32,000 nt of DNA from Trichodesmium erythraeum IMS101 (GTDB lineage: Bacteria; Cyanobacteriota; Cyanobacteriia; Cyanobacteriales; Microcoleaceae), in the NCBI RefSeq assembly GCF_000014265.1, contig NC_008312.1, positions 2,880,001 to 2,912,000 on the forward strand, written 5' to 3'. Position 1 is the stretch's first letter. Each line of letters starts with the position of its first letter. Below are positions 8,237 through 19,101 of the stretch, in pieces. The notes under the pieces are model-generated. The model ran no database searches and was not told the DNA's origin. It saw only the letters and a program-made list of their open reading frames with translations. Both the position numbers and the translations under genes were made by a program.

Positions 8237-11200
8237 ATGTCATTTGTTGGCCTACATATTCATAGCGACTATAGCCTATTAGACGGAGCATCTCAATTAC
8301 CACAATTAATAGATAGAGCAGTAGAACTAGGAATGCCAGCCATTGCCCTGACAGACCACGGAGTTATGTATGGGGCTATTCAATTAATTAAACTGTGTAG
8401 AAACAAAAATATTAAACCCATAATTGGGAATGAAATGTATGTGATAAAAGGAGATATTGAGAAACAACAAAGAGGGAAAAAATTTCATCAGGTCGTATTA
8501 GCAAAAAATACTCAAGGCTATAAAAATTTAGTCAAATTAACAACTCTTTCTCATCTCCATGGTTTTCAAGGAAAAGGTATATTTGCTCGGCCTTGTATTA
8601 ATAAAGAATTGTTAGAAAAATATCACGAAGGTCTCATAGTAACTAGCGGGTGTTTGGCGGGAGAAGTACCTCAAAATATTATGCGGGGAGAATTAGAAGA
8701 AGCCAAGAAAATAGCTAAATGGTACAAAGATTTATTTGGGGAAGATTATTATCTAGAAATACAAGACCATGGCTTCCAGGAAGATAGAGTTGTAAATACT
8801 GGAATTGTCACAATTGCTAAAAAATTAAAGATAAAAATAGTAGCAACAAACGACTCTCATTTTATTTCTTGTAGAGATGTAGAAGCACACGACGCTTTGT
8901 TGTGTATTAACACTCAAAAATTAATTGCTGAAGAAAAGCGGATGCGCTATAGTGGCACCGAATATTTAAAGTCTGCTGAAGAAATGAAGCAACTGTTTAG
9001 AGACCACTTAGAAAATGAAGTTATAGAAGAGGCGATCGCTAATACATTAGAAGTAGCAAATAAAGTTAAAGCTTATGAAGGAATTTTAGGAGAACCAAGA
9101 ATTCCTGATTATCCAATTCCACCAGATCATAATGCTGATACTTACCTGGAAAAACTAGCTTGGTCAGGATTATTAGAAAGGCTAAAACTGAAACAAAAAA
9201 GTGAAATTTCCCCAATTTATAAAGAGCGGATGGAAACTGAATTAAAAGTTCTTCAGGATAAAGGTTTTTCTACATATTTTTTGGTAGTTTGGGATTATAT
9301 AAAATATGCCAGAGATAATAATATTCCTGTAGGACCTGGTAGGGGAAGTGCTGCTGGTTCATTAGTTGCCTATTCTTTGCGAATTACTAATATAGATCCG
9401 GTGCATCATGGTTTATTATTTGAAAGATTTTTAAATCCAGAACGAAAATCAATGCCAGATATTGATACGGACTTCTGTATTGAAAACCGAGATGTAATGA
9501 TTAAATATGTGACTCAAAGGTATGGAGAAGAAAGAGTCGCTCAAATTATTACTTTTAACCGGATGACATCTAAGGCAGTATTAAAAGATGTGGGTAGAGT
9601 ATTAGGTATTTCCTTTGGAGAAGCAAATAAAATGGCAAAGTTAATTCCTGTTGCACGGGGTAAACCAGCAAAGTTAAAAGTAATGATTTCTGATGAAACT
9701 CCTTCCCCAGAATTTAAAAAAGCTTATGATAACCAAGAAACACCAATTGAAGATAATAAAGCGGGAAAAATTAGTACAATTTCTGTCCGACAATGGATAG
9801 ATATGGCAATTAGAATTGAGGGTACAAATAAAACTTTTGGAGTACACGCAGCAGGAGTAGTAATTTCTAAAGAACCTCTGGATGAAATTGTGCCTTTGCA
9901 AAGAAATAATGATGGGTCAGTTATTACTCAGTATCATATGGAGGATATAGAATCTCTAGGTTTGTTGAAGATGGATTTTTTGGGATTGAAAAACTTGACT
10001 ATTATCCAGAATACTGCCGAGTTAATTAAAAAAAATCATCATCTTCCGTTGGTTCCAGATGATTTACCAGCTAATGAAAGAAAGGCAATAGAAATTTTAG
10101 CAAAAGGCAATACTAAGAAAATGCCAGAGGATGTGAAAAAGACTTATGACTTGATTAAATCTGGAGATTTAGAAGGAGTATTTCAGTTGGAATCTTCTGG
10201 GATGGTAGATGTAGTGAAAAAATTGAAGCCTACTTCTATTGAGGATATTTCTTCTATCTTAGCTTTGTATCGCCCCGGACCTTTGGATGCTGGTTTAATT
10301 CCTAAGTTTATTGACAGGAAACATGGCAGCGAAAAAATTGAATATCAACATCCAAAGTTAGAGCCAATTTTAAAAGAAACTTATGGGGTTTTGTGTTTAC
10401 CAAAGGGAACTTTAATTGATCAACCAGATGGTTCCCGGGAAGCAATTGAAAATATTAAAAGTGGAGAGGTAATTTTAACTTCGGACGGTAGAAAAGTTTG
10501 GGAGGCAAAAGTTGCTAAACAATGGCGGAGTGGTGTTAGGGAAATATTGAAGATTACTTTGTCTAGCGGGACGGTAATTTATTCGGGAAAAAACCATCGC
10601 TTTTTAACTCCAGAAGGAGATAAGTTTGCCTGGGAGTTACAACCTCAAGTGGGGAGAGTTAAGAACGCTCTTATTTATGGTTCTGCGGTTTATGAAAAAT
10701 GGCAAGTTTCTAGTAATCAGAAACAACTCCGTAAAAACGATGCTTATTTGTTAGGGTTATTAGTAGGAAAGAGTAATCTGATTTCCTCAACTCCCAATGT
10801 TTCCTTTTCCACACAAGGGGCTATTACTTGGGGGAAAAATTTGATTGATGAAACTTGGGGTGGGGAAGCTAAACATTATTTTGATACTTCTCGCCGACAG
10901 GTTTATTTAAACTTTAATACTCAATCCAAACCTACAGCCCTAACCGAGTTTTTGGATGGTATTTATGGCGCTCAAAATTGGCAGGTAGAATCTGTTGCCA
11001 AGCATTTACCAGAAGATATTTTAGATTATTCGGAAAAAGACCGAATAGATTTATTGCGTGGTCTCTGGGATAGTGGTGGTTTTGATGGCAAAAAGTTGCT
11101 TTATTATCCAGGTTCTTCTCCTCAATTATTGTCACAAGTTTGCCAGCTTTTGGGAAGTTTAAAAATTGATTATTATCTGGCAGATAATTCTGTTAGGATT

Positions 11201-14200
11201 TCCGATAGGTCTCGGTTTATTGATATATTGGAAAACTACCAAATGTCTAGCCAACAAAAAGAAGAAATTAGCGAAAGTTATTTACCTGCTTCCTCTTGGT
11301 TTTTGAAAGGTGGTTCTGAAAATAATATTCAGAAAACAGATAGTTCGAGTCGGAAAACTGGGGAGGCTTCCCAGCAGAAAGCAACTTTATTTACCCAGAA
11401 TTTATTCTCGGCTCAAACTCCGGCAGAAAATTGGGAAAAAGTCGGAGAAAATCATCTACTTTCCTCTTGGTTTTTGACAGATGCTTCTGAAAATAATATT
11501 CAGAAAACAGATAGTTCGAGTCGGAAAACTGGGGAGGCTTCTCAGCAGAAAGCAACTTTATTTACCCAGAATTTATTCTCGGCTCAAACTCCGGCAGAAA
11601 ATTGGGAAAAAGTCAGAGAAAATCATCTACTTTCCTCTTGGTTTTTGACAAATGCTTCTGAAATTTATCTTCAGAGAATAGATAGTTCGAGTCGGAAAAC
11701 TGGGGAGGCTTCTCAGCAGAAAGCAACTTTATTTACCCAGAATTTATTCTCGGTTCAAACTCCGGCAGAAAATTGGGAAAAAGTCAGAGAAAATCATCTA
11801 CTTTCCTCTTGGTTTTTGACAGATGCTTCTGAAAATAATATTCAGAAAACAGATAGTTCGAGTCGGAAAACTGGGGAGGCTTCTCAGCAGAAAGCAACTT
11901 TATTTACCCAGAATTTATTCTCGGCTCAAACTCCGGCAGAAAATTGGGAAAAAGTCAGAGAAAATCATCTACTTTCCTCTTGGTTTTTGACAAATGCTTC
12001 TGAAAATAATATTCAGAAAACAGATAGTTCGAGTCGGAAAACTGGGGAGGCTTCCCAGCAGAAAGCAACTTTATTTACCCAGAATTTATTCTCGGCTCAA
12101 ACTCCGGCAGAAAATTGGAAAAAATCCAGAAAAAATCATCTACCTTCCTCTTGGTTTTTGAAAGGTGGTTCTGAAAATAATATTCAGAAAACAGATAGTT
12201 CGAGTCGGAAAACTGGGGAGGCTTCTCAGCAGAAAGCAACTTTATTTACCCAGAATTTATTCTCGGCTCAAACTCCGGCAGAAAATTGGGAAAAAGTCAG
12301 AGAAAATCATCTACTTTCCTCTTGGTTTTTGAAAGATGCTTCTGAAAATAATATTCAGAAAACAGATAGTTCGAGTCGGAAAACTGGGGAGGCTTCTCAG
12401 CAGAAAGCAACTTTATTTACCCAGAATTTATTCTCGGCTCAAACTCCGGCAGAAAATTGGGAAAAAGTCAGAGAAAATCATCTACTTTCCTCTTGGTTTT
12501 TGACAGATGCTTCTGAAAATAATATTCAGAAAACAGATAGTTCGAGTCGGAAAACTGGGGAGGCTTCTCAGCAGAAAGCAACTTTATTTACCCAGAATTT
12601 ATTCTCGGCTCAAACTCCGGCAGAAAATTGGGAAAAAGTCAGAGAAAATCATCTACTTTCCTCTTGGTTTTTGACAGATGCTTCTGAAAATAATATTCAG
12701 AAAACAGATAGTTCGAGTCGGAAAACTGGGGAGGCTTCCCAGCAGAAAGCAACTTTATTTACCCAGAATTTATTCTCGGCTCAAACTCCGGCAGAAAATT
12801 GGGAAAAAGTCAGAGAAAATCATCTACTTTCCTCTTGGTTTTTGACAAATGCTTCTGAAAATAATATTCAGAAAACAGATAGTTCGAGTCGGAAAACTGG
12901 GGAGGCTTCCCAGCAGAAAGCAACTTTATTTACCCAGAATTTATTCTCGGCTCAAACTCCGGCAGAAAATTGGAAAAAAGCCAGAGAAAATCATCTACTT
13001 TCCTCTTGGTTTTTGACAAATGCTTCTGAAATTTATCTTCAGAGAACAGATAGTTCGAGTCGGAAAACTGGGGAGGCTTCCCAGCAGAAAGCAACTTTAT
13101 TTACCCAGAATTTATTCTCGGTTCAAACTCCGGCAGAAAATTGGAAAAAAGCCAGAGAAAATCATCTACTTTCCTCTTGGTTTTTGACAAATGCTTCTGA
13201 AATTTATCTTCAGAGAACAGATAGTTCGAGTCGGAAAACTGGGGGGGCTTCCCAGCAGAAAGCAACTTTATTTAACCAGAATTTATTCTCGGTTCAAACT
13301 CCGGCAGAAAATTGGGAAAAAGTCAGAGAAAATTATCTACTTTCCTCTTGGTTTTTGACAAATGCTTCTGAAATTTATCTTCAGAGAACAGATAGTTCGA
13401 GTCGGAAAACTGGGGAGGCTTCCCAGCAGAAAGCAACTTTATTTACCCAGAATTTATTCTCGGTTCAAACTCCGGCAGAAAATTGGAAAAAAGCCAGAGA
13501 AAATCATCTACTTTCCTCTTGGTTTTTGACAAATGCTTCTGAAATTTATCTTCAGAGAACAGATAGTTCGAGTCGGAAAACTGGGGGGGCTTCCCAGCAG
13601 AAAGCAACTTTATTTAACCAGAATTTATTCTCGGTTCAAACTCCGGCAGAAAATTGGAAAAAAGCCAGAGAAAATCATCTACTTTCCTCTTGGTTTTTGA
13701 CAAATGCTTCTGAAATTTATCTTCAGAGAACAGATAGTTCGAGTCGGAAAACTGTGGAGGCTTCCCAGCAGAAAGCAACTTTATTTACCCAGAATTTATT
13801 CTCGGCTCAAACTCCGGCAGAAAATTGGGAAAAAGTCAGAGAAAATTATCTACTTTCCTCTTGGTTTTTGACAAATGCTTCTGAAATTTATCTTCAGAGA
13901 ATAGATAGTTCGAGTCGGAAAACTGGGGAGGCTTGCCAGCAGAAAGCAACTTTATTTAACCAGAATTTATTCTCGGCTCAAACTCCGGCAGAAAATTGGA
14001 AAAAAGTCAGAGAAAATCATCTACTTTCCTCTTGGTTTTTGACAGATGCTTCTGAAAATAATATTCAGAAAACAGATAGTTCGAGTCGGAAAACTGTGGA
14101 GGCTTCCCAGCAGAAAGCAACTTTATTTACCCAGAATTTATTCTCGGCTCAAACTCCGGCAGAAAATTGGAAAAAATCCAGAAAAAATCATCTACCTTCC

Positions 14201-16291
14201 TCTTGGTTTTTGACAGATGCTTCTGAAAATAATATTCAGAAAACAGATAGTTCGAGTCGGAAAACTGGGGAGGCTTCCCAGCAGAAAGCAACTTTATTTA
14301 CCCAGAATTTATTCTCGGTTCAAACTCCAGAGTTGGAAAATTGGGAATGTGAAAAAACTTATTTACAGGATGTCAGAGTTGTTCATGTTGTCTCTGTGGA
14401 AGAAGTAGGAGAAGCAGAATGTTTTGATTTAGAAATGGAAGACCAAAGCTCACCTTATTTTCTAGCTGAAGGAGTAGTAGTTCATAATTGTTATCAAGAG
14501 CAAATTATGAAAATGGCTCAAGATTTAGCAGGATATTCTTTGGGAGAAGCAGATTTATTACGTCGTTGTTTAAGTGGTTCGACAAAAGTAATAGATGCAG
14601 CAACAGGTAACTTGTTTAGTCTGAAAGAAATAGCTGCTCAACCTGAGTATTGGTTGAGTCGAAAAGTCTTTTCTTTAGATCTCAAAAGCCAACAAGTTGT
14701 TCAACAACCAATAACAGAAATTCATCCTAATGGTGTGCGAGATGTTTGGCAAATTACTACTCGTACAAACCGGAAAGTTTGCGCTACGGATGACCACCTT
14801 TTTTATACAGTTTTAGGATGGAAACCTTTAAAAGATTTTTCTGTAGGCGATCGCTTAGGTTTACCAAATAAAATTCCGATTAATTATAGGAGTCAAATAT
14901 CTGATTCTAAAGTTAAATTTACTGCTTATTTAATTGGTGAAGGATATCTATATACTAATAGTTTTTCTTGTAGTTATTTCTGTAATAGTGATGGGGAATT
15001 AATTGCTGATTTTTATGGTTGTGCAGAGGAGTTATTTGGCTCTTCTGCTCCTATTGAAAAACAGCTACATCTAGGAAATAAATCAGTTATTTATGTTCGT
15101 ATAGGTTTGATTTCAGGGTTGAAGAATTGGGTTGATAGTTATCTTCAATGTGCTAATTCACGGGTTCAAGAAATTCCTAATTGGATCTTTTCTCTTTCTC
15201 AGAGTCAGTTACAACTTTTCTTGGGAATTTTATGGTCAACAAGTGGTATTTTTGACGAAACAATTGGGTATACATATTATTCTTCAAATTCAGAGGTTTT
15301 AGTTAGACAAGTTCAACATTTATTTCTACGTTTAGGTATTGTTTCTCTATTCAATGTTAATAAGGTTAAAGGTCAAGGTGAACTTGATGTTTCTTATGTG
15401 GTTGAAGTTAGAGGGCGTGAGGATATGCTCAAGTTTTATAAGTTAATTAAGCCATATTTGAGTAGTTACAAACAGGGGCTTTGTGAAAGTTGTTATTTAG
15501 TGATTAAATATCAGCAAAGTTATCAATTTAAATATTTTCTAACTCCAGATTTTTTTGACCTAATTGTCAAAGCTAAAAAAGCTAGTTCTATGACTAGGGC
15601 TTTGGGTGTATGTGGTGGTGAAATTTCATCGGTTTGGAATTTTCAAAATACTTCAAACCGGAGTTTATCCTTTGATAAATTTAATAATTTTTCGACAGTT
15701 TTGGCAGATGAGGAATTAACGGCAATAGCTAATTCTGATGTTTTTTGGGATGAGATTATCTCTATAGAATATATTGGCAAAGAAGAAGTTTTTGATTTAA
15801 CAATTCCCGAAACTCATAATTTTATTGCTAATGATTTTATTGTTCACAACTGCATGGGTAAAAAGAAGGTCTCCGAAATGGAAAAACACCGGGAAAAGTT
15901 TATTGATGGTGCAGCTCAAAGGGGAGTTTCGTCTGTAGTTGCAAAAGATTTGTTTGAACAGATGATTAAGTTTGCTGAATATTGTTTAACTTATGAGACT
16001 GAAATTATGACTGTAGAATATGGTCCTCTTCCTATTGGTAAAATTGTAGAATATCGGATTGAATGTACGGTTTATACGGTTGATAAAAATGGATATATTT
16101 ATACTCAGCCAATTGCTCAATGGCATAATCGAGGTATGCAGGAAGTTTATGAATATAGCCTTGAAGATGGAACAGTTATTCGGGCAACTCCAGAACATAA
16201 GTTTATGACAGAAGATGGTCAAATGTTGCCTATTGATGAAATTTTTGAGCGTAATTTGGATTTAAAATGTTTAGGGACTCTTGAACTATGA
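8237..16291 (+). CDS. dnaE: DNA polymerase III alpha subunit, N-terminal split half (DnaE-N). It is interrupted by two complete inteins and ends in the N-fragment of the split DnaE intein.
   Basis: The N-terminus has a PHP domain ([19 protein letters not shown]...[11 protein letters not shown]). Core polymerase motifs are present ([55 protein letters not shown]). The conserved YGV(L)-[19 protein letters not shown] and KFAEY junctions are each broken by a Cys-initiated insertion. Confidence 0.95.
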   Translation: MSFVGLHIHSDYSLLDGASQLPQLIDRAVELGMPAIALTDHGVMYGAIQLIKLCRNKNIKPIIGNEMYVIKGDIEKQQRGKKFHQVVLAKNTQGYKNLVKLTTLSHLHGFQGKGIFARPCINKELLEKYHEGLIVTSGCLAGEVPQNIMRGELEEAKKIAKWYKDLFGEDYYLEIQDHGFQEDRVVNTGIVTIAKKLKIKIVATNDSHFISCRDVEAHDALLCINTQKLIAEEKRMRYSGTEYLKSAEEMKQLFRDHLENEVIEEAIANTLEVANKVKAYEGILGEPRIPDYPIPPDHNADTYLEKLAWSGLLERLKLKQKSEISPIYKERMETELKVLQDKGFSTYFLVVWDYIKYARDNNIPVGPGRGSAAGSLVAYSLRITNIDPVHHGLLFERFLNPERKSMPDIDTDFCIENRDVMIKYVTQRYGEERVAQIITFNRMTSKAVLKDVGRVLGISFGEANKMAKLIPVARGKPAKLKVMISDETPSPEFKKAYDNQETPIEDNKAGKISTISVRQWIDMAIRIEGTNKTFGVHAAGVVISKEPLDEIVPLQRNNDGSVITQYHMEDIESLGLLKMDFLGLKNLTIIQNTAELIKKNHHLPLVPDDLPANERKAIEILAKGNTKKMPEDVKKTYDLIKSGDLEGVFQLESSGMVDVVKKLKPTSIEDISSILALYRPGPLDAGLIPKFIDRKHGSEKIEYQHPKLEPILKETYGVLCLPKGTLIDQPDGSREAIENIKSGEVILTSDGRKVWEAKVAKQWRSGVREILKITLSSGTVIYSGKNHRFLTPEGDKFAWELQPQVGRVKNALIYGSAVYEKWQVSSNQKQLRKNDAYLLGLLVGKSNLISSTPNVSFSTQGAITWGKNLIDETWGGEAKHYFDTSRRQVYLNFNTQSKPTALTEFLDGIYGAQNWQVESVAKHLPEDILDYSEKDRIDLLRGLWDSGGFDGKKLLYYPGSSPQLLSQVCQLLGSLKIDYYLADNSVRISDRSRFIDILENYQMSSQQKEEISESYLPASSWFLKGGSENNIQKTDSSSRKTGEASQQKATLFTQNLFSAQTPAENWEKVGENHLLSSWFLTDASENNIQKTDSSSRKTGEASQQKATLFTQNLFSAQTPAENWEKVRENHLLSSWFLTNASEIYLQRIDSSSRKTGEASQQKATLFTQNLFSVQTPAENWEKVRENHLLSSWFLTDASENNIQKTDSSSRKTGEASQQKATLFTQNLFSAQTPAENWEKVRENHLLSSWFLTNASENNIQKTDSSSRKTGEASQQKATLFTQNLFSAQTPAENWKKSRKNHLPSSWFLKGGSENNIQKTDSSSRKTGEASQQKATLFTQNLFSAQTPAENWEKVRENHLLSSWFLKDASENNIQKTDSSSRKTGEASQQKATLFTQNLFSAQTPAENWEKVRENHLLSSWFLTDASENNIQKTDSSSRKTGEASQQKATLFTQNLFSAQTPAENWEKVRENHLLSSWFLTDASENNIQKTDSSSRKTGEASQQKATLFTQNLFSAQTPAENWEKVRENHLLSSWFLTNASENNIQKTDSSSRKTGEASQQKATLFTQNLFSAQTPAENWKKARENHLLSSWFLTNASEIYLQRTDSSSRKTGEASQQKATLFTQNLFSVQTPAENWKKARENHLLSSWFLTNASEIYLQRTDSSSRKTGGASQQKATLFNQNLFSVQTPAENWEKVRENYLLSSWFLTNASEIYLQRTDSSSRKTGEASQQKATLFTQNLFSVQTPAENWKKARENHLLSSWFLTNASEIYLQRTDSSSRKTGGASQQKATLFNQNLFSVQTPAENWKKARENHLLSSWFLTNASEIYLQRTDSSSRKTVEASQQKATLFTQNLFSAQTPAENWEKVRENYLLSSWFLTNASEIYLQRIDSSSRKTGEACQQKATLFNQNLFSAQTPAENWKKVRENHLLSSWFLTDASENNIQKTDSSSRKTVEASQQKATLFTQNLFSAQTPAENWKKSRKNHLPSSWFLTDASENNIQKTDSSSRKTGEASQQKATLFTQNLFSVQTPELENWECEKTYLQDVRVVHVVSVEEVGEAECFDLEMEDQSSPYFLAEGVVVHNCYQEQIMKMAQDLAGYSLGEADLLRRCLSGSTKVIDAATGNLFSLKEIAAQPEYWLSRKVFSLDLKSQQVVQQPITEIHPNGVRDVWQITTRTNRKVCATDDHLFYTVLGWKPLKDFSVGDRLGLPNKIPINYRSQISDSKVKFTAYLIGEGYLYTNSFSCSYFCNSDGELIADFYGCAEELFGSSAPIEKQLHLGNKSVIYVRIGLISGLKNWVDSYLQCANSRVQEIPNWIFSLSQSQLQLFLGILWSTSGIFDETIGYTYYSSNSEVLVRQVQHLFLRLGIVSLFNVNKVKGQGELDVSYVVEVRGREDMLKFYKLIKPYLSSYKQGLCESCYLVIKYQQSYQFKYFLTPDFFDLIVKAKKASSMTRALGVCGGEISSVWNFQNTSNRSLSFDKFNNFSTVLADEELTAIANSDVFWDEIISIEYIGKEEVFDLTIPETHNFIANDFIVHNCMGKKKVSEMEKHREKFIDGAAQRGVSSVVAKDLFEQMIKFAEYCLTYETEIMTVEYGPLPIGKIVEYRIECTVYTVDKNGYIYTQPIAQWHNRGMQEVYEYSLEDGTVIRATPEHKFMTEDGQMLPIDEIFERNLDLKCLGTLEL
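10394..14488 (+). mobile_element. Intein 1 (1,365 aa): Hint splicing domain, degenerate LAGLIDADG endonuclease domain, and a large internal tandem-repeat array
   Basis: It starts at Cys720 ([13 protein letters not shown]...), directly after the extein ...KETYGVL. Block B-like GKNHRFLT is present. It ends ...[11 protein letters not shown], followed by the +1 Cys of CYQEQIM. The LAGLIDADG-like motifs are [11 protein letters not shown] and [13 protein letters not shown]. Confidence 0.9.
11291..14360 (+). repeat. About 18 in-frame tandem copies of a 171-bp (57-aa) unit inside intein 1
   Basis: The unit is SSWFL(T/K)(D/N/G)(A/G)SE(NNIQK/IYLQR)(T/I)[18 protein letters not shown](T/N)QNLFS(A/V)QTPAENW(E/K)K(V/A/S)R(E/K)N(H/Y)L(L/P). 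Copy starts fall exactly at 11291+171k for k=0..17 (checked at 11462, 13001 and 14198). No stop or frameshift occurs in any copy. Confidence 0.97.
14567..15850 (+). mobile_element. Intein 2 (428 aa) with a LAGLIDADG-type endonuclease domain
   Basis: It starts [15 protein letters not shown]..., directly after the extein GEADLLRR. Block B-like [10 protein letters not shown] is present. It ends ...[12 protein letters not shown], followed by the +1 Cys of CMGKKK. The LAGLIDADG-like motifs are [11 protein letters not shown] and [13 protein letters not shown]. Confidence 0.9.
15983..16288 (+). mobile_element. N-terminal fragment (102 aa) of the naturally split DnaE intein; the gene ends here
   Basis: [102 protein letters not shown] follows the extein ...KFAEY. 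It is near-identical in pattern to the Npu/Ssp DnaE IntN sequences ([70 protein letters not shown]). The stop is at 16289-16291. Confidence 0.93.
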
Positions 16292-16385
16292 AAATTGCCT
16301 ATTGTTAGTTAATATTATTCAACAAGGTAGTCCTATAGTATAACCTGGTAGGGAGTCTAAGTATCTATGACTCTAAGGGTTTTTA

Positions 16386-16745
16386 GGATTACCAAATGGC
16401 ATTCCTGCTTACGATACAATTGTCCGAGTTTTTCTATCTTTAGCTCCGGAACAATTACAATAATGTTTCCTGTTATTTTCAATCAATTAGTTAAATAACT
16501 TATGGTGAAATCGTAGCAACTTATGGTAAAATTATAATGGTATTTTATAATCAGAAAAATTATCAAAAACTAATTCAGATTCTCAGGGCTTGGGCAACAG
16601 CAAACTATCTAGTTTTAGGTCTAGTAAAAGTAGATCAAAAATCAAGTTAAATTACTGCAATTTCTAAACTTCTGAAACTTTTATCTCTTTCTAGTTGTTG
16701 ATTTCCCATAAAGAAATTTTTCAACAAATTAGAGAAAAATAGGTT
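16386..16745 (+). pseudogene. Decayed ISAs1-family (H-repeat-associated) transposase relic
   Basis: GLPNGIPAYDTIVRVFLSLAPEQLQ*CF, then after a frameshift GEIVATYGKIIMVFYNQKNYQKLIQILRAWATANYLVLGLVKVDQKSS*ITAISKLLKLLSLSSC*, then HKEIFQQIREK*. This matches the ISAs1 pattern GIPSHDTF.RVF..LDP..F..CF ... IAIDGKT ... AWA..N.LVLGQ.KVDEKSNEITAIP.LL..L ... CQKEIA..I, with several stops and frameshifts. Confidence 0.6.
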
Positions 16746-16747
16746 AA

Positions 16748-16845
16748 CTATGTAATTACTTTATGTGTTACAATATTTTTAGTTTCTTTGCCCATAACTT
16801 TTCTTTATAGTCATTCCAAATAATAATGAAAAATTACAGCACTTT
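16748..16845 (-). pseudogene. Truncated start of a paralog: the leader plus first ~15 codons of a second copy of the vWA-PPC gene
   Basis: Nt 16791-16836 align without gaps to 18991-19036 (offset exactly 2200 nt, about 89% identity). Minus-strand ATG at 16795 gives MGKETKNIVTHKVIT*, compared with MAKKTKSSITNIVDRK for the intact gene. Confidence 0.45.
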
Positions 16846-17003
16846 TAAAATTGATAAACTACATCGCTATAACTAAAATCTTGTAGGGACGTCCTTATCC
16901 AAGGTCCTTACAGTAGTCTACTAACATGAAAACTACTGTAAAAGACGGTTAGCGCCTGGGACGTAAGCCCTAGCTTGGTCGCGTGATTTACGCTCCATAA
17001 TAG

Positions 17004-18995
17004 TTATAAGATAGACAGGTTGTAAGGAGTTCCACTACCTTGATCGAATACGCCAACCACATAGGTATCGGGAAACAAGAAGGTGTTAATCTCTTCAGGA
17101 GCATTGCCGGAGTTAGTAGAACTATCAAGGGATACTTTGTCGCTATCGTATAGTTCTAGGTTAGCGTTGCTCCTGAGACCGTCAAGTTTGATGCTGACGA
17201 AACTAGGCTCCGGAACAACAAAGTTGTAATAGTCGTTTTGATCAACTTTGCCTCCATTCTTGAAGCCAATATCACTGCTTTGGGTGAGAGGATCAACAAC
17301 TGTACCAAGAGGGATCCCTGGTGCCTTGTCATCTATATTTCCAGTCAGGGAGTCTCTCTTCTCAGAACCAGCGCTACGCTTAGAGCTTGGCAAGTCCCCA
17401 ACTCTTTTCAGCATCACTTTGGCTGTATCTGTACCGCCTTTGCCGTCGCTGATAGTATACTCAAAACTCCCCTTGCTGAACTTCTTATGCTTTCCACTAG
17501 GGGTAAAAGTTATTTCACCGCTTTTAGTTAACTCTACTTCGCCCTTGGTTGCATTACTGACTTTAATAATAGTCAACTTGTCGCCATCTTTATCTTGATC
17601 ATTTTTCAGTAACTTTTTTGCTTGGATAGCGTGAAAGAGCTTGGGTCTGACAAAAAACACCTTGTCGTCTTTAGCGATGGGGTCAGAATTATCTCTGACT
17701 TGAACTGTAACAGTCGCGCTATCACGGCCTTTATTACCGTCGTCGATGGTATATTCAAAACTGGCCTTGCCCGTAAAGTCTTTATCGGGGGTAAAAGTTA
17801 CCTTACCATTTTTACCCAGGATCACTTTGCCATTTGAAGCTTTACCTACCTTGCTAATACTTAACTTATCCCCGTCTTTATCCGTATCGTTTGCCAATAG
17901 CTCTTTTGGTTTAATAACCAATTTGCTTCCTGCATTAGTGGCGAGGTTGTCATTGCTTGCGATGGGCTTGGTGTTAACAATAGGAGTAACATTAACTTTG
18001 GTTTCCCCATAACCCAATACTTCCAGGGAAAGACGGTCTTTTTGGCTAGCATCGAGATCTGTAATACCCAGTTTAACTTCAAAAGTCCGACTTTGCCCAG
18101 GGCGGACATTTTCGTAAGTCGTAGGCTTAATACTTTTAATGTAACCAAACTCATCGCTTTGGGGTACTATCGTTAAGTCACTAAAGACTTCCTCCAAGCC
18201 CTCTGTTACTACCTTAACTAAGTTAGAACTGTCCCGCGATAACCTTTCTACCGTACCAAACCCCAATTTATCTACGAGTTTTTTGTAGTTTCTGACTTGG
18301 TTGCCGGTGACTGCAAAAATGGGAACAATGCCGGCTTCTTGTAAAGCATCTCTTACTTGATCGATACTGGGATAGTCTTCCCCAGTACCGGCTGGCTTAC
18401 CATCAAGAACTGTATCCCCATTATTGGGAGTTTTGATACCTGCTTTTTTGCCGTCTCCTGCTTTGTGGTAGTTAGCATCTGTAGAAAGAACGACAACGCG
18501 CCGAGATTTCTTACGGAAGCCTATCTCTTTTTCTCTGAGAGCTAACTGCATCAATGCCTCAAGCTGTGCCTCAGGACCGTCATTACCGTTACCAATTTTC
18601 AAGTCATCCATCGCTTTCTGAAAATCAGTGCGAGATTTAGTGATCGCTGACTCCATTCTATACACAAAATCTTTAGGGCCGCCAAAGGGATCTTTGGGTT
18701 TATCTATATATGATGCTAGACCGAATTGACTGTTTGGTTGGATGTCTCGAACTGAGGAAACTAGCTTGGGAACTAAATCCTGTAATACTGGCAGGTCATC
18801 CCCATAAGAACCAGAAAGATCGCTAAGAAAAACTAGGTCTAGAGGTAATTTTGTGGAACTTTTTTTAGTAACTTTGGCAGTGATATCAAAGGTCACATTG
18901 TCTCCAGGTACAAGAGTTACATCTACTACATCTGGATTTAAGCCTCCTTTGCGATCAACTATATTTGTGATACTGCTTTTAGTTTTCTTCGCCAT
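17004..18995 (-). CDS. vWA (MIDAS) domain protein with two cadherin-like/VCBS-type repeats and one C-terminal PPC domain
   Basis: 663 aa. It has the MIDAS motif DLVFLSDLSGSYGDD plus VVVLSTDANYH. Two ~95-aa repeats carry P(I)A.(N/D)D...(L)L.ND.DKDGDKL(S/T)I.KV....G.V......G.(V/I)TFTP....F.G..SFEYTI.DG.G..D.A.V. The C-terminal PPC domain reads DYYNFVV...NANLELYD...DTYVVGVF...YNLSI. Confidence 0.85.
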   Translation of the reverse strand: MAKKTKSSITNIVDRKGGLNPDVVDVTLVPGDNVTFDITAKVTKKSSTKLPLDLVFLSDLSGSYGDDLPVLQDLVPKLVSSVRDIQPNSQFGLASYIDKPKDPFGGPKDFVYRMESAITKSRTDFQKAMDDLKIGNGNDGPEAQLEALMQLALREKEIGFRKKSRRVVVLSTDANYHKAGDGKKAGIKTPNNGDTVLDGKPAGTGEDYPSIDQVRDALQEAGIVPIFAVTGNQVRNYKKLVDKLGFGTVERLSRDSSNLVKVVTEGLEEVFSDLTIVPQSDEFGYIKSIKPTTYENVRPGQSRTFEVKLGITDLDASQKDRLSLEVLGYGETKVNVTPIVNTKPIASNDNLATNAGSKLVIKPKELLANDTDKDGDKLSISKVGKASNGKVILGKNGKVTFTPDKDFTGKASFEYTIDDGNKGRDSATVTVQVRDNSDPIAKDDKVFFVRPKLFHAIQAKKLLKNDQDKDGDKLTIIKVSNATKGEVELTKSGEITFTPSGKHKKFSKGSFEYTISDGKGGTDTAKVMLKRVGDLPSSKRSAGSEKRDSLTGNIDDKAPGIPLGTVVDPLTQSSDIGFKNGGKVDQNDYYNFVVPEPSFVSIKLDGLRSNANLELYDSDKVSLDSSTNSGNAPEEINTFLFPDTYVVGVFDQGSGTPYNLSIL

Positions 18996-19035
18996 TACTT
19001 TTATTTATAGTCATTCAAAATAATAATGAAACATT

Positions 19036-19069
19036 AAAAAAAGTTAGGGTGTGCAACCCACGCCCTAAC
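19036..19069 (-). terminator. Rho-independent terminator after the 1,156-aa PPC gene
   Basis: On the minus strand: stem gttagggcgtg, loop ggttg, stem cacaccctaac (19043-19069), directly followed by a T7 run (19036-19042). It lies 33 nt downstream of the stop at 19102. Confidence 0.7.
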
Positions 19070-19101
19070 TTTGCCGAGCGACCTACGCTCCGTACTAGTT
19101 A

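Noticed and set aside
11291-14360. Regular 171-bp periodic array; could it be a CRISPR array or a satellite?
   Set aside because: There are no unique spacers, because the units abut directly. The period is a multiple of 3. The array is fully open in the dnaE frame and lies inside an intein bounded by canonical splice junctions. It is a coding tandem repeat, not a CRISPR array.
16292-16745. An ISAs1 relic lies only ~95 nt downstream of the split-intein break; could IS activity have caused the dnaE split?
   Set aside because: The split DnaE intein, at the same break point after IntN of about 102 aa, is shared widely among cyanobacteria and so is ancient. The IS relic is a local and much younger event. 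The adjacency is most likely coincidental.
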